In this document: positions 28,216 to 43,369 of the stretch, one piece after another | Layout of the letters: each line of letters starts with the position of its first letter | Position numbering within the stretch: position 1 is the stretch's first letter | Source: Haliotis cracherodii | Lineage: Eukaryota | Length of the DNA stretch: 64,000 bases | Assembly (NCBI RefSeq): GCF_022045235.1 | Contig: NW_027266279.1 | Coordinates: 12,152,001-12,216,000, forward strand | Direction of reading: 5' to 3' | Translations under genes and position numbers: made by a program | Notes under the pieces: generated by a model | What the model was told of the DNA's origin: nothing | Seen by the model: the letters and a program-made list of their open reading frames with translations, nothing else | Databases searched by the model: none

Positions 28216-28545
28216 GACCGCTTCCGTGGTCTAGTGGTAGAGCGTCCGCCCGGAGAGCGGAAGGTCAGGGGTTCGATCCCCGACCGCGTCATACCAAAAG
28301 ACGTTAAAAGATGGTACTTGTTGTTACCCTGTCTGGCGCTCGGCATTAAGGGGCTAAAACAAGGACTGGTCGGCTCGGAGTCAGTATACTGTGTCTGAGT
28401 GGGATATTCATGTTAAACTGCGGCATGGTAGCTAGCACTATAAATCCGGACTAGTACAAGCAGCCACACAAACACACACACGTACATGCACGTCGCTATA
28501 TAAGTGCAATAATCTTGGACGTGACGTTAAACCCCATTTCACCTC
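28216..28545 (+). mobile_element. tRNA-derived SINE family C, full length
   Basis: GGTCTAGTGGTAGAGCG / GGTTCGATCCC boxes; 12-bp TSD ACCATTTGCCCA. Confidence 0.88.
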
Positions 28546-28807
28546 ACCATTTGCCCAACAAGTTCGTCACAGGGACGGAAACGGAAGCAACATGGACCGC
28601 CGCATCAGTCGACGTGTCCGTGTCGCTGGTAATCGAGCTCCTTCCGTTGAATGGCAATGGCCCATGAACCAACGGACGGGACTTGTCGTCATCCGTGGCA
28701 GCTTCAACGGCCAGATCACATGGATGACGTTCTTCAACCCCATGGTCTTCAACCATTCCTTCACCATACTTTGATGTTGGCCAGTGGACTCTCTTGCCTC
28801 GGGAAGA

Positions 28808-29055
28808 TGAGTGAGTGAGTTGGGTTTAACACTATTCGAGTAATATCGCGGGAGGAAAGCCCGAAGTGATGCAGGTCTAAGACGTTTACCACTTCGGTGA
28901 AACCCACGAGCACGGGTATGGTGCTGACAAACCTAGAAACATAATCGGGACGAACCGGGATTCGAACCCACAATCACAGGTTTCTGAGAGGCCCAAGGGA
29001 CGCAACTCTGCACAGCGAATCGCGAAGCCTTAGACGACTGGGCTACCCGTGCCAC

Positions 29056-29057
<2 letters not shown>
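28808..29057 (-). mobile_element. SINE family B, inverted copy
   Basis: Reverse complement of 12191-12466 with an internal deletion. Confidence 0.78.
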
Positions 29058-29090
<33 letters not shown>

Positions 29091-29453
29091 TCGGTAAGAT
29101 GAAGCTGACACTGCCTAAATGTATCTGAGTGGTGATCAACATATTTGGAATTTTAACACTAAAAAACATAGGCTTTGGTGAAAAAAGTTTTCAGGAGGCA
29201 CTTTTCTAATATTTGGATATGAGCATGGATTTTTTAAAGTATATTTGGCATGATCCTTATATATTTGATCATGTCGGAAGTCTAAATCTACCAGTATAAT
29301 TAAAGAATAGGGGCCAGTTGCCAGCGAAATGATCGTGTCCAATAATTTTCCTGCCAATTTCCGCAACGATAAAACGACATTAGAAGTGGGTTAAAACAGG
29401 GTCCTAATCATATTGTTTGATGTTTGATGTTTCACTGTATAAAACATGTACCT

Positions 29454-31856
29454 TTATAAGTTCTTTTCGATTTTCAAACTTTTTGACAAGTCTTTGAGTT
29501 CAGTTGCAGTATTTACTGGCAAATAACCTAACATCTGGTATACTGCTTTACAATTAGCGTCTATGACACGAGCTCTATTGAAGTCAAGTTCTTTTCGCCA
29601 CTGCAGAGCCGAACGTGATGAGTTTAGCCTCTGAGTGCACAAAACACAGTGTTCGTCCACTGAGCCGTTCGTCTTGGATTGAACGAATCGTTCCGTCTCA
29701 CGTGTATATGCCAGACCTACAAATGAAAACAGATCCTGCGCATTTCGAGAAGGGTGGACTACTAAATCCTCATACAAGAGCAATTTAGTTTTGTCAGGGT
29801 GAGATTTCATCAGTCGCTTGGTAACCTGCAGGTCTTTCTGTACCCTCAAGCAGTGCTCCTTGGAGTACGAATCAAGGTTGCTCCAAGTGTCACGCCCGAA
29901 TGATATCTGAGACTTGATGGTGGGCCGTGGGTCTCTGACCAAGTGTATGACTTTTAATGATGGATTTGATTTCATCATTGTCTCCACTGCTTCCATTGGG
30001 AAACGTATTGTTTTGATAACAGATACTTTTGAGTCCAAGCATTGCTTTTGAAGAATTGGTAAACAGTCTAACATTTTCATTACTCCGGGCTTTGACTTTA
30101 GACACATCTTGTAAGGTATCGTATCTTTGCTTTTTCCTAAGTGATGTTGACTTAGTGTTGCAATGTCTATCTTAGTTGGGTGACACCTCAAAAACCCGTC
30201 GGCAATGTCTTTTGCTGTTTTTGCAAAATCCGCTTCACTTGTGACTTCCCTGGAAAAAAATGGTTCACACATGAAATATCATTGTACACGAGTTGTTGGT
30301 TGGTTTGTTGTTTAACGCCGCACTCAGCAATATTCCAGTTTTATGACGGCGGTCTGTAAATAATCGAGTCTGGACCAGACAATCCAAGTCAGCGAGCCTG
30401 ACCAACCGATCCCGTTAGTCGCCTCCTACGACAAGCATAGGCGCCTTTTACGGCAAGAATGGGTTGCTGAAGACCTAGTCTATCCCGGATCTTCGCCCTG
30501 TATACAAATTCATATTTGATGTTTTTTTGTTTAACGCCGTACTACGCAATATTTCAGCTATAAGACAGCCACCTGCAAATAATCGAGCCCTGATAGTCCA
30601 GTGATTGATATTGTGAGCAATGATACGCACTCAACCAATTCCCAGAGTCTGACAACCCGATCCCTTAAGTCACGTATTTTGGGACCAATAACCCGCAATC
30701 ACCACAGGGGTTTCAAAACTGAGGTCTACATTCAAACTGAAGGTCGTCATTTCATGGTTGTTTTCTCCTGTTCCGAATACCTGTCATCAGCTCGCCGCGA
30801 GTAGCAACGCTGCAGTTATCAGCATATAAAGGGATTGCTGTTTTCAAGAACTACCATATACACATGTGCCTTTCCAAACAAAAGACAACACAATGACGAA
30901 AGTACAATAGATACCTTCAACGGCCAGGAAATATATGGTAGACATTCAGGGGAATTTACATAATATGACACGTCATATAGCTGGAATATTGCTGAGCGCG
31001 GCGTTAAACAACAAACGAACTTATACCTTAAACGAACTTCACATCATTTGTATCGCACTTTCGCCTGTTAAAATTATAATTAAACTAAATGAACATGTTA
31101 ACTGTCATACCTTGTTGACTTTTTATCTCTAGATGTGAACTCAGCTTGCCTCTTGAAAAGGTTGATTAATTTTGTTTGCAAGTTTGTTATTTAAATAAGC
31201 GCTCAGCAATATTCCAGCTGTGGTCTGTGAAGATTCCGGGGTAGAACAGGTCTTCATCAAACCATGCTTGCCGTAAAAGGTGACTATGCTTATCGTAAAA
31301 GCGGCTAACGGGATCGGGTGGTCAGGCTCGCAGACTTGGTTGATGCATGTCATAGATCCCAATCCCAATCATAGGTTACTGTTGACTTATATTTGTACCT
31401 GGAATCACCACGCGTCCGTCTAAAATATATAGGAAAAATTAAAACAATCATGATAGCAATTCGTACCTTGGAGGTTGATCAAAAAAGCTCAGGCGTGTTC
31501 TTTTAGACCACCATTCCCATTTCAAAGTATGCATTGGTTCAAAAACGTAGAATACATCCGGGTGCTGACCAAATATTTCTCCCGTTAGAGTCGAGCCGCT
31601 TCGCATGTACGTAAGTATAATCACGTTTGTACGGGGGAGCTGGTCATTCAAGGTGTGTAACTTTTGAAATTTGTCAACACATGATTCCGGGGGAGCCTCT
31701 GAAATTGTAGAAACGTTTTTTATCCTTCTTTGATTAAGCATGAAATAAGAAAATAAGAATGGGAATATACGAAATATGAAAAATGAAAATAAGTTGGTTG
31801 GTTGTTTAACGCCGCACTCAGCAATATTCCAGCGATATGACGGCGCACGTGTGTGT

Positions 31857-31892
<36 letters not shown>

Positions 31893-34800
31893 CTGGCTGC
31901 TTGTACTAGTCCGGACTGATGCCGATTTATAGTGCTAGCTCACTGAGATACCATGCCGCAGTTTAACATGAATACCCCACTTAGACACAGTATACTAACT
32001 CCGAGCCGACCAGTTGTTGTTTTAGCCCCTTAATGCCGAGCGCCAGACAGGGTAAGAACAAGTACCATCTTTTAACGTCTTTTGGTATGACGCGGTCGGG
32101 TATCGAACCCCGGGCCTTCCGCTCTCCGGGCGGACGCTCTACCACTAGACCACGGAGGCGGTCTCACAATTCAAGGAAGGGTCACTGGATAGTACTATCG
32201 GGACAACAGCCGGACACCCTCTGTTGTCCCGTTTTCTGGCGTGTGGGCCCAACGTGCTCAGGCCTAGCAGAACAAAATCCATAGAATGCCATGTCGAGCA
32301 GTGAACCAATACCTTTCCCTCACTGGACCCGCCTTATAGGGAGACGTGTGCGTCAACGTCATAGGGATCCGTGAAGATTCGGGTTAGAATAGGTCTTCAC
32401 CAACCCATGCTTGCCGTTTCAAGGCAACTACAATTTTCGTAAGAGGTGACAAACGGGATAGGGTGGTCAGGCTCGCTGACTTGGTTGGTGCATGTCATCG
32501 ATCCCAATTGCGTGGATTGATGCTCATGATGTCAATCACTCGATTGACTGGTACAGACTCGATTATTTTACGGACCGCCGTCATATAGCGGGAATATTGC
32601 TGAGTGCGGCGTTAAACAACAAATAAACAAACAAACAATGTTATAGGCCGCCAACCAGATTGGCTTAACTTGGCCAGGCGCTGCAAGAGAAGTGGGGCCG
32701 ATTCCCTCAAATCGCCACTGGGAGACTCATACGCAGTATGCCTCGTCAACATTCGTGACCAACTAGTGTTATTCCGGGACAAGCCGAATAGCGACTCGTG
32801 CCCCTCTCATGGCCATTTTTGCGACCGGGTTCCGTCTTAGCGCAAACGGGCATACCTAAAACAACTGTCAAGTCGTTGCGTAATGGTTAACATATATTTC
32901 CCCATATATTATATATATTTCAGATGCAATTTTAAGCACATCGGGACATGCGGAATTATACAGTATTATTGAACACATGTAACTGTGTATTGTGTATATT
33001 TTTGGATGCAAGACATATGTAAAATCAAAAATTATTTCTGAGGGATTCTTTGACGAAGAATTTGAAACCATGCGCGCATTCTGATTGGTTTGTCGTATTT
33101 TCGCACATAACATTCATCGATAGGGGGACGAGTCTTCTTGCAGGTTACGGAAAGGGGCGAGTGGTGACGAATGCCTCGTCAAGAGCATGAATGTTTGACA
33201 AATCGTTGCGGTATTACGCGCTACTTCTGATCCAAATACGTCAACAAACACGTCAATTTCCCATCTGACGCCTGTCGTCCTTCAAGATCGATCGTCATAA
33301 CAACTACTTCACTTCCGGTTGTAGTGTGTTCCCACTTCGTTCCTTATTATCAGACAACTATAACTAGAAACTAATATCTCTAACACATTGGACATTTGGC
33401 GTTATTTTCGAGTATCCCTTACTTTTTTAAAAGAGTTTATTTATAAAATATTTTTATCCATGCATAATAAGCATATACATCATTTCTTTCCATACACAAA
33501 TTCTGTGTTTAAAACATTATTCATAACAAGTGCTAAGGCACTGCTAGTACTGTATACGAGAAACTTATGGTATGTACCGAATCATTTTTAAAGAACCCAA
33601 ATATATTGGTATCAGAAACAGATTTGCACTCTTAAATACGTTTTTGAAAAAAGAGGGAAAACGAAAAAACCAAACTTAAAAACTTAAACGTGTGTTTAAG
33701 GGAGGAATATAGAAGTATGTTTGTTATTTCTTTTTTTATAAATCGAAGCCAGGTACATTATTAAACTTTTTAAAATATACTTTATGTAGTCATACTACCG
33801 TTACATTATTTACTGTTATTTCATGTACTGATAGAGTATGTGCATTATTGTCATTTATGTAATAAAGCAGATCTATTGCAGACAGAAAATCTTTGCTTTG
33901 TTATGAAAAGCGTTCTAAATTGTTATCGACCTCATTTGTTTTCTGTTTGTATGCTGGAATATCCCGTTAAGATGTCTACATAAGATACACCAATCTAATG
34001 ATTTTACAATATATCTTAATGGGCTTTGTAATTCAAGGATGTTTGTGGTATACTTACATTTAACACATATTTAACAAGGACAGGTATCAATAAGGGCTGG
34101 GATTTAAGAAAATCCCGATGATGGAAAGACATAATTTGTTCTCCGGTTTTACCTCCAAACTAGATTGCTCGATGGGTGCAAAACATATTTGTGATGTTTT
34201 AGTATCGTTCTGCTCTATGACTTGCTTTCACAGAAAGCAGTTGAGTGCAAGGGTGTAAGGGCCGAAAGAAAATATCTTATCGCTGACAGAAATCCTATCC
34301 CACCCCGTCCCAGAATATTAAATGGTTGGTCCCGGCGCATTAAGTGGATATTTTAGGTTTGTCTTTTTAGGAAAACATGTATGTCATGAAATGATGTTGA
34401 TACCATGCTACTGTAAATACTGAAGGATCGTTATTTTTATCATTTATTCATTTTCTTTAAGGCTTAAAGAACTTCGTCATACATTTATCCTCCTTCTATG
34501 GCTTCAGTGATAATTTATGAGCAACAAACAAAAAGCTACCGGTAGAGCAGGGCATGCTTACCTTTTTTCAAACACCTGTTTTTATATCACTGTTTTCATT
34601 GATCTATTTATGTAATTTTCACCGTTTTTACCTTTTCCGCTTTGTGGAGACTGATAATTCTCTGGCGTTGATGTTTTTTTTTATATTTATGGAAAAGTTC
34701 CCATAATTGGAAAGTACCTAAAAGTCGAAATAAACTTTGTAGAACTATATAAATCAATTAATCGCTGGATTGTCTGGTCAAGACTCGATTATTTACAGAC

Positions 34801-37730
34801 AGCGTTTATATAGCTGGAATATCGCTGAGTGCGGCGTTAAACAACCAAACAACCAACTTAATAAATCGAAGAGCAAATATTCGCCATTTTCTCATGATAT
34901 TGTCGTTGATTATTGTGAGCACTATTCAAATTAACATTTTCATATTATCATTATGATTGTTCGTTTAATCGGTGATATTAACATTGATTGTTCCTGCCAG
35001 GTCTGTACGACCGTTTAGTGTTTGAGCTGTTTCACTCTTTGCCTCTTCTGTGATATTCGATTATTCTAATGTTTTAGCTCGACTTGAACGTAAAGTTTAT
35101 AGTTATAACGCTGTAAGCGTCGCTATCTTCCTTCGGGTACGTTGTGCTGGTTACTGAATAAAATGAATTTGTGGTTTAACTTACCTTCGTGACGATTTGA
35201 CTCCAAGTCTGAGACACTTTTTTCTACCTTGGAGGTTGGATTGAAAACGATCCTATCTGCAATATCAACATATGTGTATAATTACTATCATTTTACACTT
35301 GTTGATAAATCATTATCTCTTTAAAAATGAGCACAAAATGTTATTCTGCGATCTAAAGAAAATCACATTGTAGCAATCATGCAAAGCGTAACAGGCGACA
35401 AAAGGGATTGGGCAGTCAGGCTGGCTGACATGGTTAAATCACATATTATCGTATCCCAATCCCGTGGATCAATGCCCATGATGTCAATCACTGAATTGCC
35501 CATATTCCCGAGGCAAGAGAGTTAACTGACTATAAAAGTCCAGTTTTCACCCTTGCCGAACTAGGCTGGTATTATGGAGTTACATTTTGGCTGGACTAAC
35601 GAGTCTGTGCATAGTCCAATCAAAATAGCGCAACGAAATCGAAATTCGGTTAGGAAATTCTGGTGCAGATTTAAGTCGATTGCAGGATTTGAACAGCATG
35701 TGCACCGCCAACTCGTTGTCAACAGATATTGTCCAAGTCTTTTCATGTTTGTGATCAAGGTGCCCATGTGATTTGATGCACTTCACGATGTAAGACCCGT
35801 TTTATCACAATATATATCTTGATTATCGATCAGATCGTCTTGACTGGCCGCCGCAATTTTGTTTGAAACAAATGCAAGTGCTACGAGTGGTTGAATCTGA
35901 TTGGTCCCTAGGAGAGGCTTAGAAGTGACAAAACTCGTAACAGCCACTGGTGGCGCTACGATCGAGCCCAGGAATTCCAGTCTAGTTCGGCAAGGGTGGA
36001 AACTGGACATTTAAAGTCAGTTAGTTAACTCCTTTGCCTCGGGAAGATGTGGATTGCTTGGTTCCAGACTCGATTATTTACAGAGCACAACTGTATGGCT
36101 GGGATAACCCGCCTGGCGCTTGGCAGGACTTGGCATGGTATCTCAGTGTGCAAGCACAATAAAAGCGGCACAAGTCCGGACTAGTACATGCAAACACACA
36201 CGCACATGCCCGTCGCTTAATAAGTGCATAATCTCGAAACCCCAGCTCTTCAAGTTTATGAAGAGGTAGAAATCTGACCTTGCAAAATCTGGTGAATTTC
36301 GGATGTTCAAGGTCAGTGTGATGCATTGTATCCCTAACAACAACAAGGCGACATGTGCACTGGTGCATTGCGCTGGCACTTTGGTGAGTTGTCCACGACC
36401 TTGCCTTGAGATTTGCTTACTATTGGTCCACCAGAAGCAATCACCTTGCAAGCTGATGGGACATTCGAGTTCATTCTTCCTCTTATACCGTAGAGACCAA
36501 AACTCATTCATAGTCACTAATAGGTCAACAAAATCAGTTAGCATTGCATCAAATCGACATGAGAGACGATGAAACTGAAGCGTTTCTGATCAGGAGTCAG
36601 AAGCCTTCGTACACCTTTGTCATCCACAGTTCAGAATACTCTCATGCGAGATACCTCTGTACTGACCATGTGACGTGTGGTGAGTCGTCGGTCATCAATA
36701 ATAACACCCCCAACCCCTGTCCGCAGGGTTGGCTGTCAGAGTTCACCCTTTCAGTTGGATGCACTTGTTGGATAGCCAATTTATCCATCTTCGTCAACCC
36801 TTATGAATCTAGAGATACCTAGGCAATTTGATTCCTGCAATAATAGGCTGTCTGCTTGTATATTTGGTAAGTGTGGAATTAGTTTACTCAATACATGCAA
36901 ACTGTTAAGGGTTCACCGTACATGCTGCGCATATGGGTTCAGAAGGTTTCAGCCAAGGTTTTCCTTTCAAACCCATTTTATTCTGTTTCGGCGGATAACT
37001 CTATGGCGTTGGAATTTATATTTCATACAATGTTAATTTTGGTAATAGTGTTGAGGCAATTTGTAGATTTGCAGGTTTACGACAAAACGATGTGTGACTA
37101 TATATGTTACGCCATGGTCTGGAACTAAATTTGTTGTTATGGGCTTTAATTAGTTCAGTCATTACAAGGACAGTCTTTCAAACGTTTTCATCACAGATGA
37201 GTGTGTGGATTGAAACATTTGCATTTCTGTAGTCTGTGATTATCAATTCTGGCCACATGCCACGTTGGTCTGCCAACCTTTAAGTTATCTATTAGGTTAT
37301 TGTGAAACATGATTGCATCATCCATTGAGAGCTATTTATTCACGTTTACTTGCACAATCCTTTGAGTTGGTACTTGTTGGACTTAGGAAAGTGTCTTGGA
37401 ACACCTTGAAATGGTTATTAAGATCATAGTGGCTCCGAAGGAATGTCGAAGAAGGGCTACTTGTGTTTTTAAAGTTGCTAACACCTCCTGTACTTAATAG
37501 CTTATGTTAGGAGAACATATTTTCTTCTGCGATTGGTATTTTTTAAATCTAAAATTTAGAAAAAATAGTATTCTACTGCACAAGGCGCACATGTTAACTT
37601 CCAGGCCAAAGTCAAATTAAGATGAGTGTTGAGAGCGACTTATTAACTTACCAAATCCAAGAAGAAGCAATGATGTTCCCACGCATGCCGCAAAGAGCGC
37701 ACACTGCAGAAAGACTTTGATCTTTGCCAT
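29454..37730 (-). CDS. Golgi carbohydrate sulfotransferase (CHST1/3/4/5-like, Sulfotransfer_1), 4 coding exons: 37730-37652, 35256-35185, 31698-31467, 30249-29454 (~392 aa)
   Basis: N-terminal type II membrane anchor (VFLQCALFAACVGTSLLLLGF), 5'-PSB motif TYMRSGSTLTGEIF, YVFEP, 3'-PB motif LKVIHLVRDPR, LLYEDLV. All four exons join in frame at GT-AG sites (phases 1,1,2). Confidence 0.9.
31860..32164 (-). mobile_element. SINE family C copy with (TG)n
   Basis: Reverse complement of 28216-28545. Confidence 0.82.
32367..32637 (+). mobile_element. SINE-like family D copy
   Basis: Matches 9587-9865. Confidence 0.78.
32750..33173 (+). mobile_element. Non-autonomous DNA transposon with 9-bp TSD (Mutator-like)
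   Basis: CATTCGTGACCA...TGGTGACGAATG ends; perfect TSD CCTCGTCAA; inserted into an older repeat that also occurs at ~1-240. Confidence 0.9.
35501..36049. mobile_element. Non-autonomous DNA transposon/MITE (TIR CATCTTCCCGAGGCAAG)
   Basis: TIRs CATATTCCCGAGGCAAGAGAGTTAACTGACT / AGTTAACTCCTTTGCCTCGGGAAGATG; opposite-orientation copy at 58695-59203; splits a family-D SINE. Confidence 0.8.
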
Positions 37731-37759
37731 GTTGAATCTGCTGAAATTTGAAATAAAAT

Positions 37760-38155
37760 ATGTATGAACAATGCATGAACGGAACATGAACAGTGTATGG
37801 ACATAGTTAGAACAGTTTATGGGCAGGGCAAGAACAGTGTATGAATAGTGTATGAACAGTAGGTATGAAGGTTGCACTAACAGGGCAAGAACAGTGTATG
37901 AATAGTGTAAGAACAGTATGTATGTAGGTTGCACTGACAGGGCAAGAACAGTGTATGAATAGTGTGTAAAAAGCTATGAACAGTGTATGGACATTGCAAG
38001 AACAGTGTATGAATTGTATATAAACAGTACGTATGAAGGTTGCACTAACAGGGCAAGAACAGTGTATGAATAGTGTGTAAAAAGCTATGAACAGTGTATG
38101 GACAGTGCAAGAACAGTGTATGAAAAGGGTACGAAGGTTGCACGAACAGTGTATT
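37760..38155. repeat. Degenerate tandem repeat (GCAAGAACAGTGTATGAATAGTG)
   Basis: Motif repeated many times upstream of the sulfotransferase first coding exon. Confidence 0.85.
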
Positions 38156-38158
38156 TAA

Positions 38159-41100
38159 CCCTCTGGATGCCGAGTTTTTTTTTCTGACGCACATTTTCAT
38201 AAGATCGGAAAAGTGAAGGTTGTGCGAGAATTGCGCTCACGCGGCACCCGATCTACCTCTGGCTATAAAATTATGCAGAGGTGGATAATATTAAATTTCC
38301 TATTTGATGGCGTAAAGTTAACTGCAAATATTGAACCGGTTTTAAAAAAAACACTTCTAAGTGTTGCCCGAGAATTTTTTCTATCTTGAAAAACAGTAAA
38401 TTTCTCCGCTTTTTATCGTACACCGATAAAAGTACTGTGCGACGATTTTTTTTATTTACAAGCTTCACGGAATCTGTGAGCGAACAAAATACTGCCTAAT
38501 ATCTGAACGACATAACTATATACCAAATGCAGTTATATGCGTATGTCAAACATGCAATGCCAAAAATAGCTTGCCGTAAATGACGAAAACTGATTTTTCT
38601 CTATGACATCAAAAGGCGACAGAGAGGCTACACACGCACAAAGAAAAGGGGGCATAACTCCGCTAAGCTTAGCACTAGTTTATTGTAACTCAGGTCACTT
38701 GGTGAGCATTAGCTGTGGGTAAGGATAATATATTTTCGTGGTGTTTTGTTCACGAGGAACCAAACTATTCCAACACAAATATCGATAAAGAAACTGTATA
38801 CGTTTAGTTGTAAAAAAAACGAAAATCGTGCTTGATAAAAAACTGGTAAAAGAGAAATGGATGGCGCTATCTAACCTATAACTTAGTCCTTAGATTCCAA
38901 CATTCTCCTGAATGTATAAGTGTAATTTGACTAATGTTGCACCATTATTAATGGAGCACTAGCCTTATCATCAATTGTAATGAAATACCCAAAAGAATAA
39001 CACCGTTCTATTTGACGTCATGGATGTTTTTATGTCTTTGATAACGTCGGAGAAAGATGACTCTGGTATTTTGATTAATATATATCTCCCCTAATTTTCG
39101 TTCATGATATGGAAAATCTCGATGTGTAAAACGGAATTTGGCGCTTTTTCGACACAACATAAAATGACTGCTTTTACCAATTAAATAATGTTTTGAATAT
39201 GTAAACAATTAGCTAGTTTATCGTGTGTCTTAATTTGACAAGACACGCACCTGTTTGGCATCAATTTACGTAATGAAATACACAAAATAATATTTCAAAA
39301 CAACCAAATTATATTCAATATTGGACAGACATTGTTATTATTTCTCTTCATCTTGTCTCAGAATTACACACTGAAAGATGCGAAGAAAGCTCTATTGGTA
39401 TAGACTTATCAGGATAATCGTATCCGGTTGAACCAACAGCTAGAGTACTTGGCATGGGTTTAATTTTATACATTTTACAATTCCTGGAGAAATAAAGTGA
39501 ACAGTTTAATATCCTGTGATCACAATATTGAAAAAAGAATGAACCCATTAATTATATAATGCAAAACAAGAGGAATAATTCGTAAATTGTTTGTGGCTAA
39601 CACGCACCTGGCGAATCGTTAGCTATCACGGCTCTGTGTATCAAACGACAAATTTATTTTTTTTAAATTCCAAGACCAAGACAATTTCAGAAATGTGTGC
39701 ATATCTTTTTACGAAAAATATTATCCATTTTGTCAAAGTAACATAGAACTATTCATTTTTAGTTATAAAATAAAATGAAACAGCTATTCAAAGACATTGG
39801 TTTTATGAACTTATGATATTGACTATTACACATCCCAAGAAATACGTACATGCTGCAGTTACCTTTACGCTTCATCTTGTAACACTTGTCCAAAGGAAAG
39901 AAATATCGTATTCGACACTAAAAACCTATCAATTGTTATGTAAACAATGTTCAAACAAACAGGAGATTATCAAAGATTCGTTCATACATGTTGTGGCTTA
40001 TATTTGCGTATGATATCATTTTGAACATTGACAAATGATCGTGTGCACTCTCATTCAAGGACCATCACCTCAAAGAAATTACCAAATATGTACAACAGTG
40101 TTGACGTATGACATAACTACCTGTGACCGACTTAACAAAATGACGTGTTCACTGTCAACAGTACGCGGGATTTTACGAGGGGACTTTCGTTGATTCAGGG
40201 ATCGCATATACATAAATGTGCCATAAATGTGACATGTAAGTAGTCAGAAACATTCTGACAATCTATGTACTGTTATTTGTTCTTATAATCTTCATCGAAA
40301 AGAACCGAAATAGGCAGAAATTCCGATAAATACCGTTGTCGTTGTGCGTGATTTTGGGTCAGTCATAGCATCACACAGGACGGTAACTTTGACAACTTCT
40401 GTTGAAAATATCAAATCATTGCAATGTATCTATTTTAAATACCCTAATTTTTCCTACTATTCTCTTCCCGTGCATATTCTGAAAATGTTGAGCCAATGTC
40501 TTGAAAGATTAGACGAATGGATAGCTCTAAATTGGAGAAAATGCTACACGGTGTAAAATCTGTATTTTGCTTTGTTTACATTTCAAACAAGTGCAGTTTT
40601 TCGAGCACAACGTTCGTTTTCACACCTGACATATTTTGCTTGATTTCATCCAGCCACTTTGTACTGGTAACAAAGACCATTGGTCATTTGATTCTAAAAT
40701 GTATGAGGAATTCAAGGATGTGTGTATGGCAGCTAAGTTTGAAATATACGCGATGTTACAGGCGCCCAAAACAGGCGCCCAAAACCGGTAAACACTAGCC
40801 AATATGGCGGAAAGTTCACTTCGGCGTTCGTGTTTGCGTATTTTCCAAAACATTCGAAACGATTCTCGGGTTATCGGAGACGTTTTGGAATGATCATTGG
40901 TGATTTCATAAAATACAGATACCCGTGATCACTAATATACTATTTTTGAAATTCATTTCTCCGAGTAAATATCCTCAATTTAGATTTCAAAACATGCTGT
41001 AAATAACGCCCTGAGTGGTGATTTAGTAATGTGTAAAAATTGGCGACATTTACGATGTACCTAATTTTCAGAGGTCATTTTCAATAATTTTGCTTGGACT

Positions 41101-41255
41101 AAAATGGCAGTGGATGATATCACAGAACAGGGAATTTCCCACCTTATTCAAAACTGTGAAGTGTATTTGTGTGGGTGATGTATTTTGAATTTTATTCGAC
41201 TTCAAAGCGAGGGTTGTAGAGGAAGGACATATATGTCCCCCTGGCATCCAGGGGG
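38159..41255. mobile_element. Probable non-autonomous piggyBac-like element (~3.1 kb, no transposase ORF)
   Basis: TTAA-CCCTCTGGATGCC at the left end and GGCATCCAGGGGG-TAAA at the right end (1 mismatch in the TIR, imperfect TTAA). Confidence 0.5.
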
Positions 41256-43369
41256 TAAAGAAGCGTATCCTACCCCAGCAGTGGCACCCTTCAGCTACCG
41301 GTGTCTCTGTATAAACACTCCCCCGTACAAATTCTCCCCCCGGAGATTATATACCGGTACAGATTCTCCCCCGGAGAATCTGTTCTGAAATATAATCTCC
41401 TCCGGGCCGATATATTTCGCGCCCCCCTCAGTATAAAGTCTCCCCCTGATTATTCGGTTTGTTGCAATGTCTTTAAGTACTATATTCTTTAAATAGTTAT
41501 CTTTAATGTAAGGAGGGTTAATTTAAAAAATAGATTATGAAATGTGGTCATAATGAATTGATATTTCGTTCGGATTCCGACCAAAATTTTTAACTTTCAT
41601 CGCGTCGTATTTTTTTAGACACTATTACGGTTCAACTTCATTCCGTTTTCTTTCCACATATTAATTAAATGCTTACCTTTCGTACTACAGTGTGTGTCCG
41701 ATTCTGTGTTACTGGAAGACCGAACAGTGTTGCCGTAGAATGTGTTTGTGAGAATGCACACGTCAAAGGACGAATCTGTTCATAATCATCACTTTATTGA
41801 GTAACGTAAACGATCGTTTCATGAGCAGACGTCATGCTGGTTTGTCGATCGGAACGCCATCTCGTGTGAAAAATTACTTATTGATTTCGCATTGGCTCAA
41901 TATTAATCAATGTACTTTTGTCATATTCTCAAACTGGGCCGCAGAGGAATGTACATGTGTTTTAATGCTTTGCATATTTTATAAATTGCAATGTTTTTTC
42001 CAACTGTAATCGCGACATTCGGATGACCAGCATGTGAAAAGTTAGTGACAGGTAGCCAATAAGAAATAGTTGTGTGGCACAAAACATATTTCATACTTTT
42101 ACCACAACTGATAAACATTCAAATCTCGAATGAATAAAACCATCTGTGGAATTATTATGACATAGGTTTTATGGGATTGTTTGTTTTGTGAAATATAAAA
42201 AAATATGTGACATTTATCAGTTTGTGGTAAAGCTTATGCCAACACATAGTCACAATTTAGCCAAATGAATATAAAATTGAACGTATCAAAACGTTTATTA
42301 ACCTTTCATTAATTGGAGGAGTTAATCATGTGTAAATGTACATGACCACTCACTGGAATATTCATTTTATAATAAATAACATTATATGTTGAATACGTGT
42401 ACTTTTCTTTCTTATTATGTATTTTCTTAAATAAATAGAAAACTATATCTATGTATTATCTCATGATTAGGTAAGTATTATTTTATTTTACTGTTGTATC
42501 TGCAGCTGGTTAGTTGTCATGGACATTGTCATGTGTGTTCATCTTTTGTTTAACGCTGCACTCAGCATAATTCACGGCACCCGCTCCTTTTAATCGCATC
42601 GCACGACACGCATGGGTTGCTGGGGACCTATTCTCGCCTGGGACTTCACCGATTTATTTTTGTGTTGTTACAAGTACGAGAGTACAACATGAATTATGGA
42701 TTTCCGTACCGCTGGGTCTGTTTATTTTCCCCTGAAATACGCGGAAAAAAACACGATATTTTTAATGGTAAAGACAGTGGCTTACCAAGGGGAAATCAAG
42801 ATGTAAGCAAATATGTTAGAGAACATACTTTCTTCAATCATTATAACGACAACTTGGTACTTGGGATGCAAGCGTGATATTTCGAAAGCGAGCCATGTTT
42901 TTCCTGAATCTTGTCAATCACATTGGTGTCAAAGGGAACAGAAAATTCAATAATATAAATGATTTCATTGGATTTATCTAAAAGGACAAGATCGGGTTTG
43001 TTGGTCTGGATAGGTCTGAGGCTGTATAAGGGCCTATTCCAAACGCCGTCTACATATTCTGGGTCGTACCATCGATGGACCTCTGTGTCAAAACCTCAAG
43101 CATTGTGATGATAATTGCAGTAATAAAATGATCGAGCCACTCCATCATGTCGATTATTATTATTATTATTATTACTATTATTAAACAACGTTTTATTTAT
43201 TTATTTTTTTAAACATTTTTGTAACGATTTCAAAGTGCAAGCAAAGTGATATACAGAAACCAGGTAACAGAAGTGGCGAAGGTGGAAAGGTAGAAACATA
43301 CTTCGCTCATACAGAAATCTAAAATCTATGATTAATGCTCAGAAATATATAAGTAACAATCTGGCTTGG

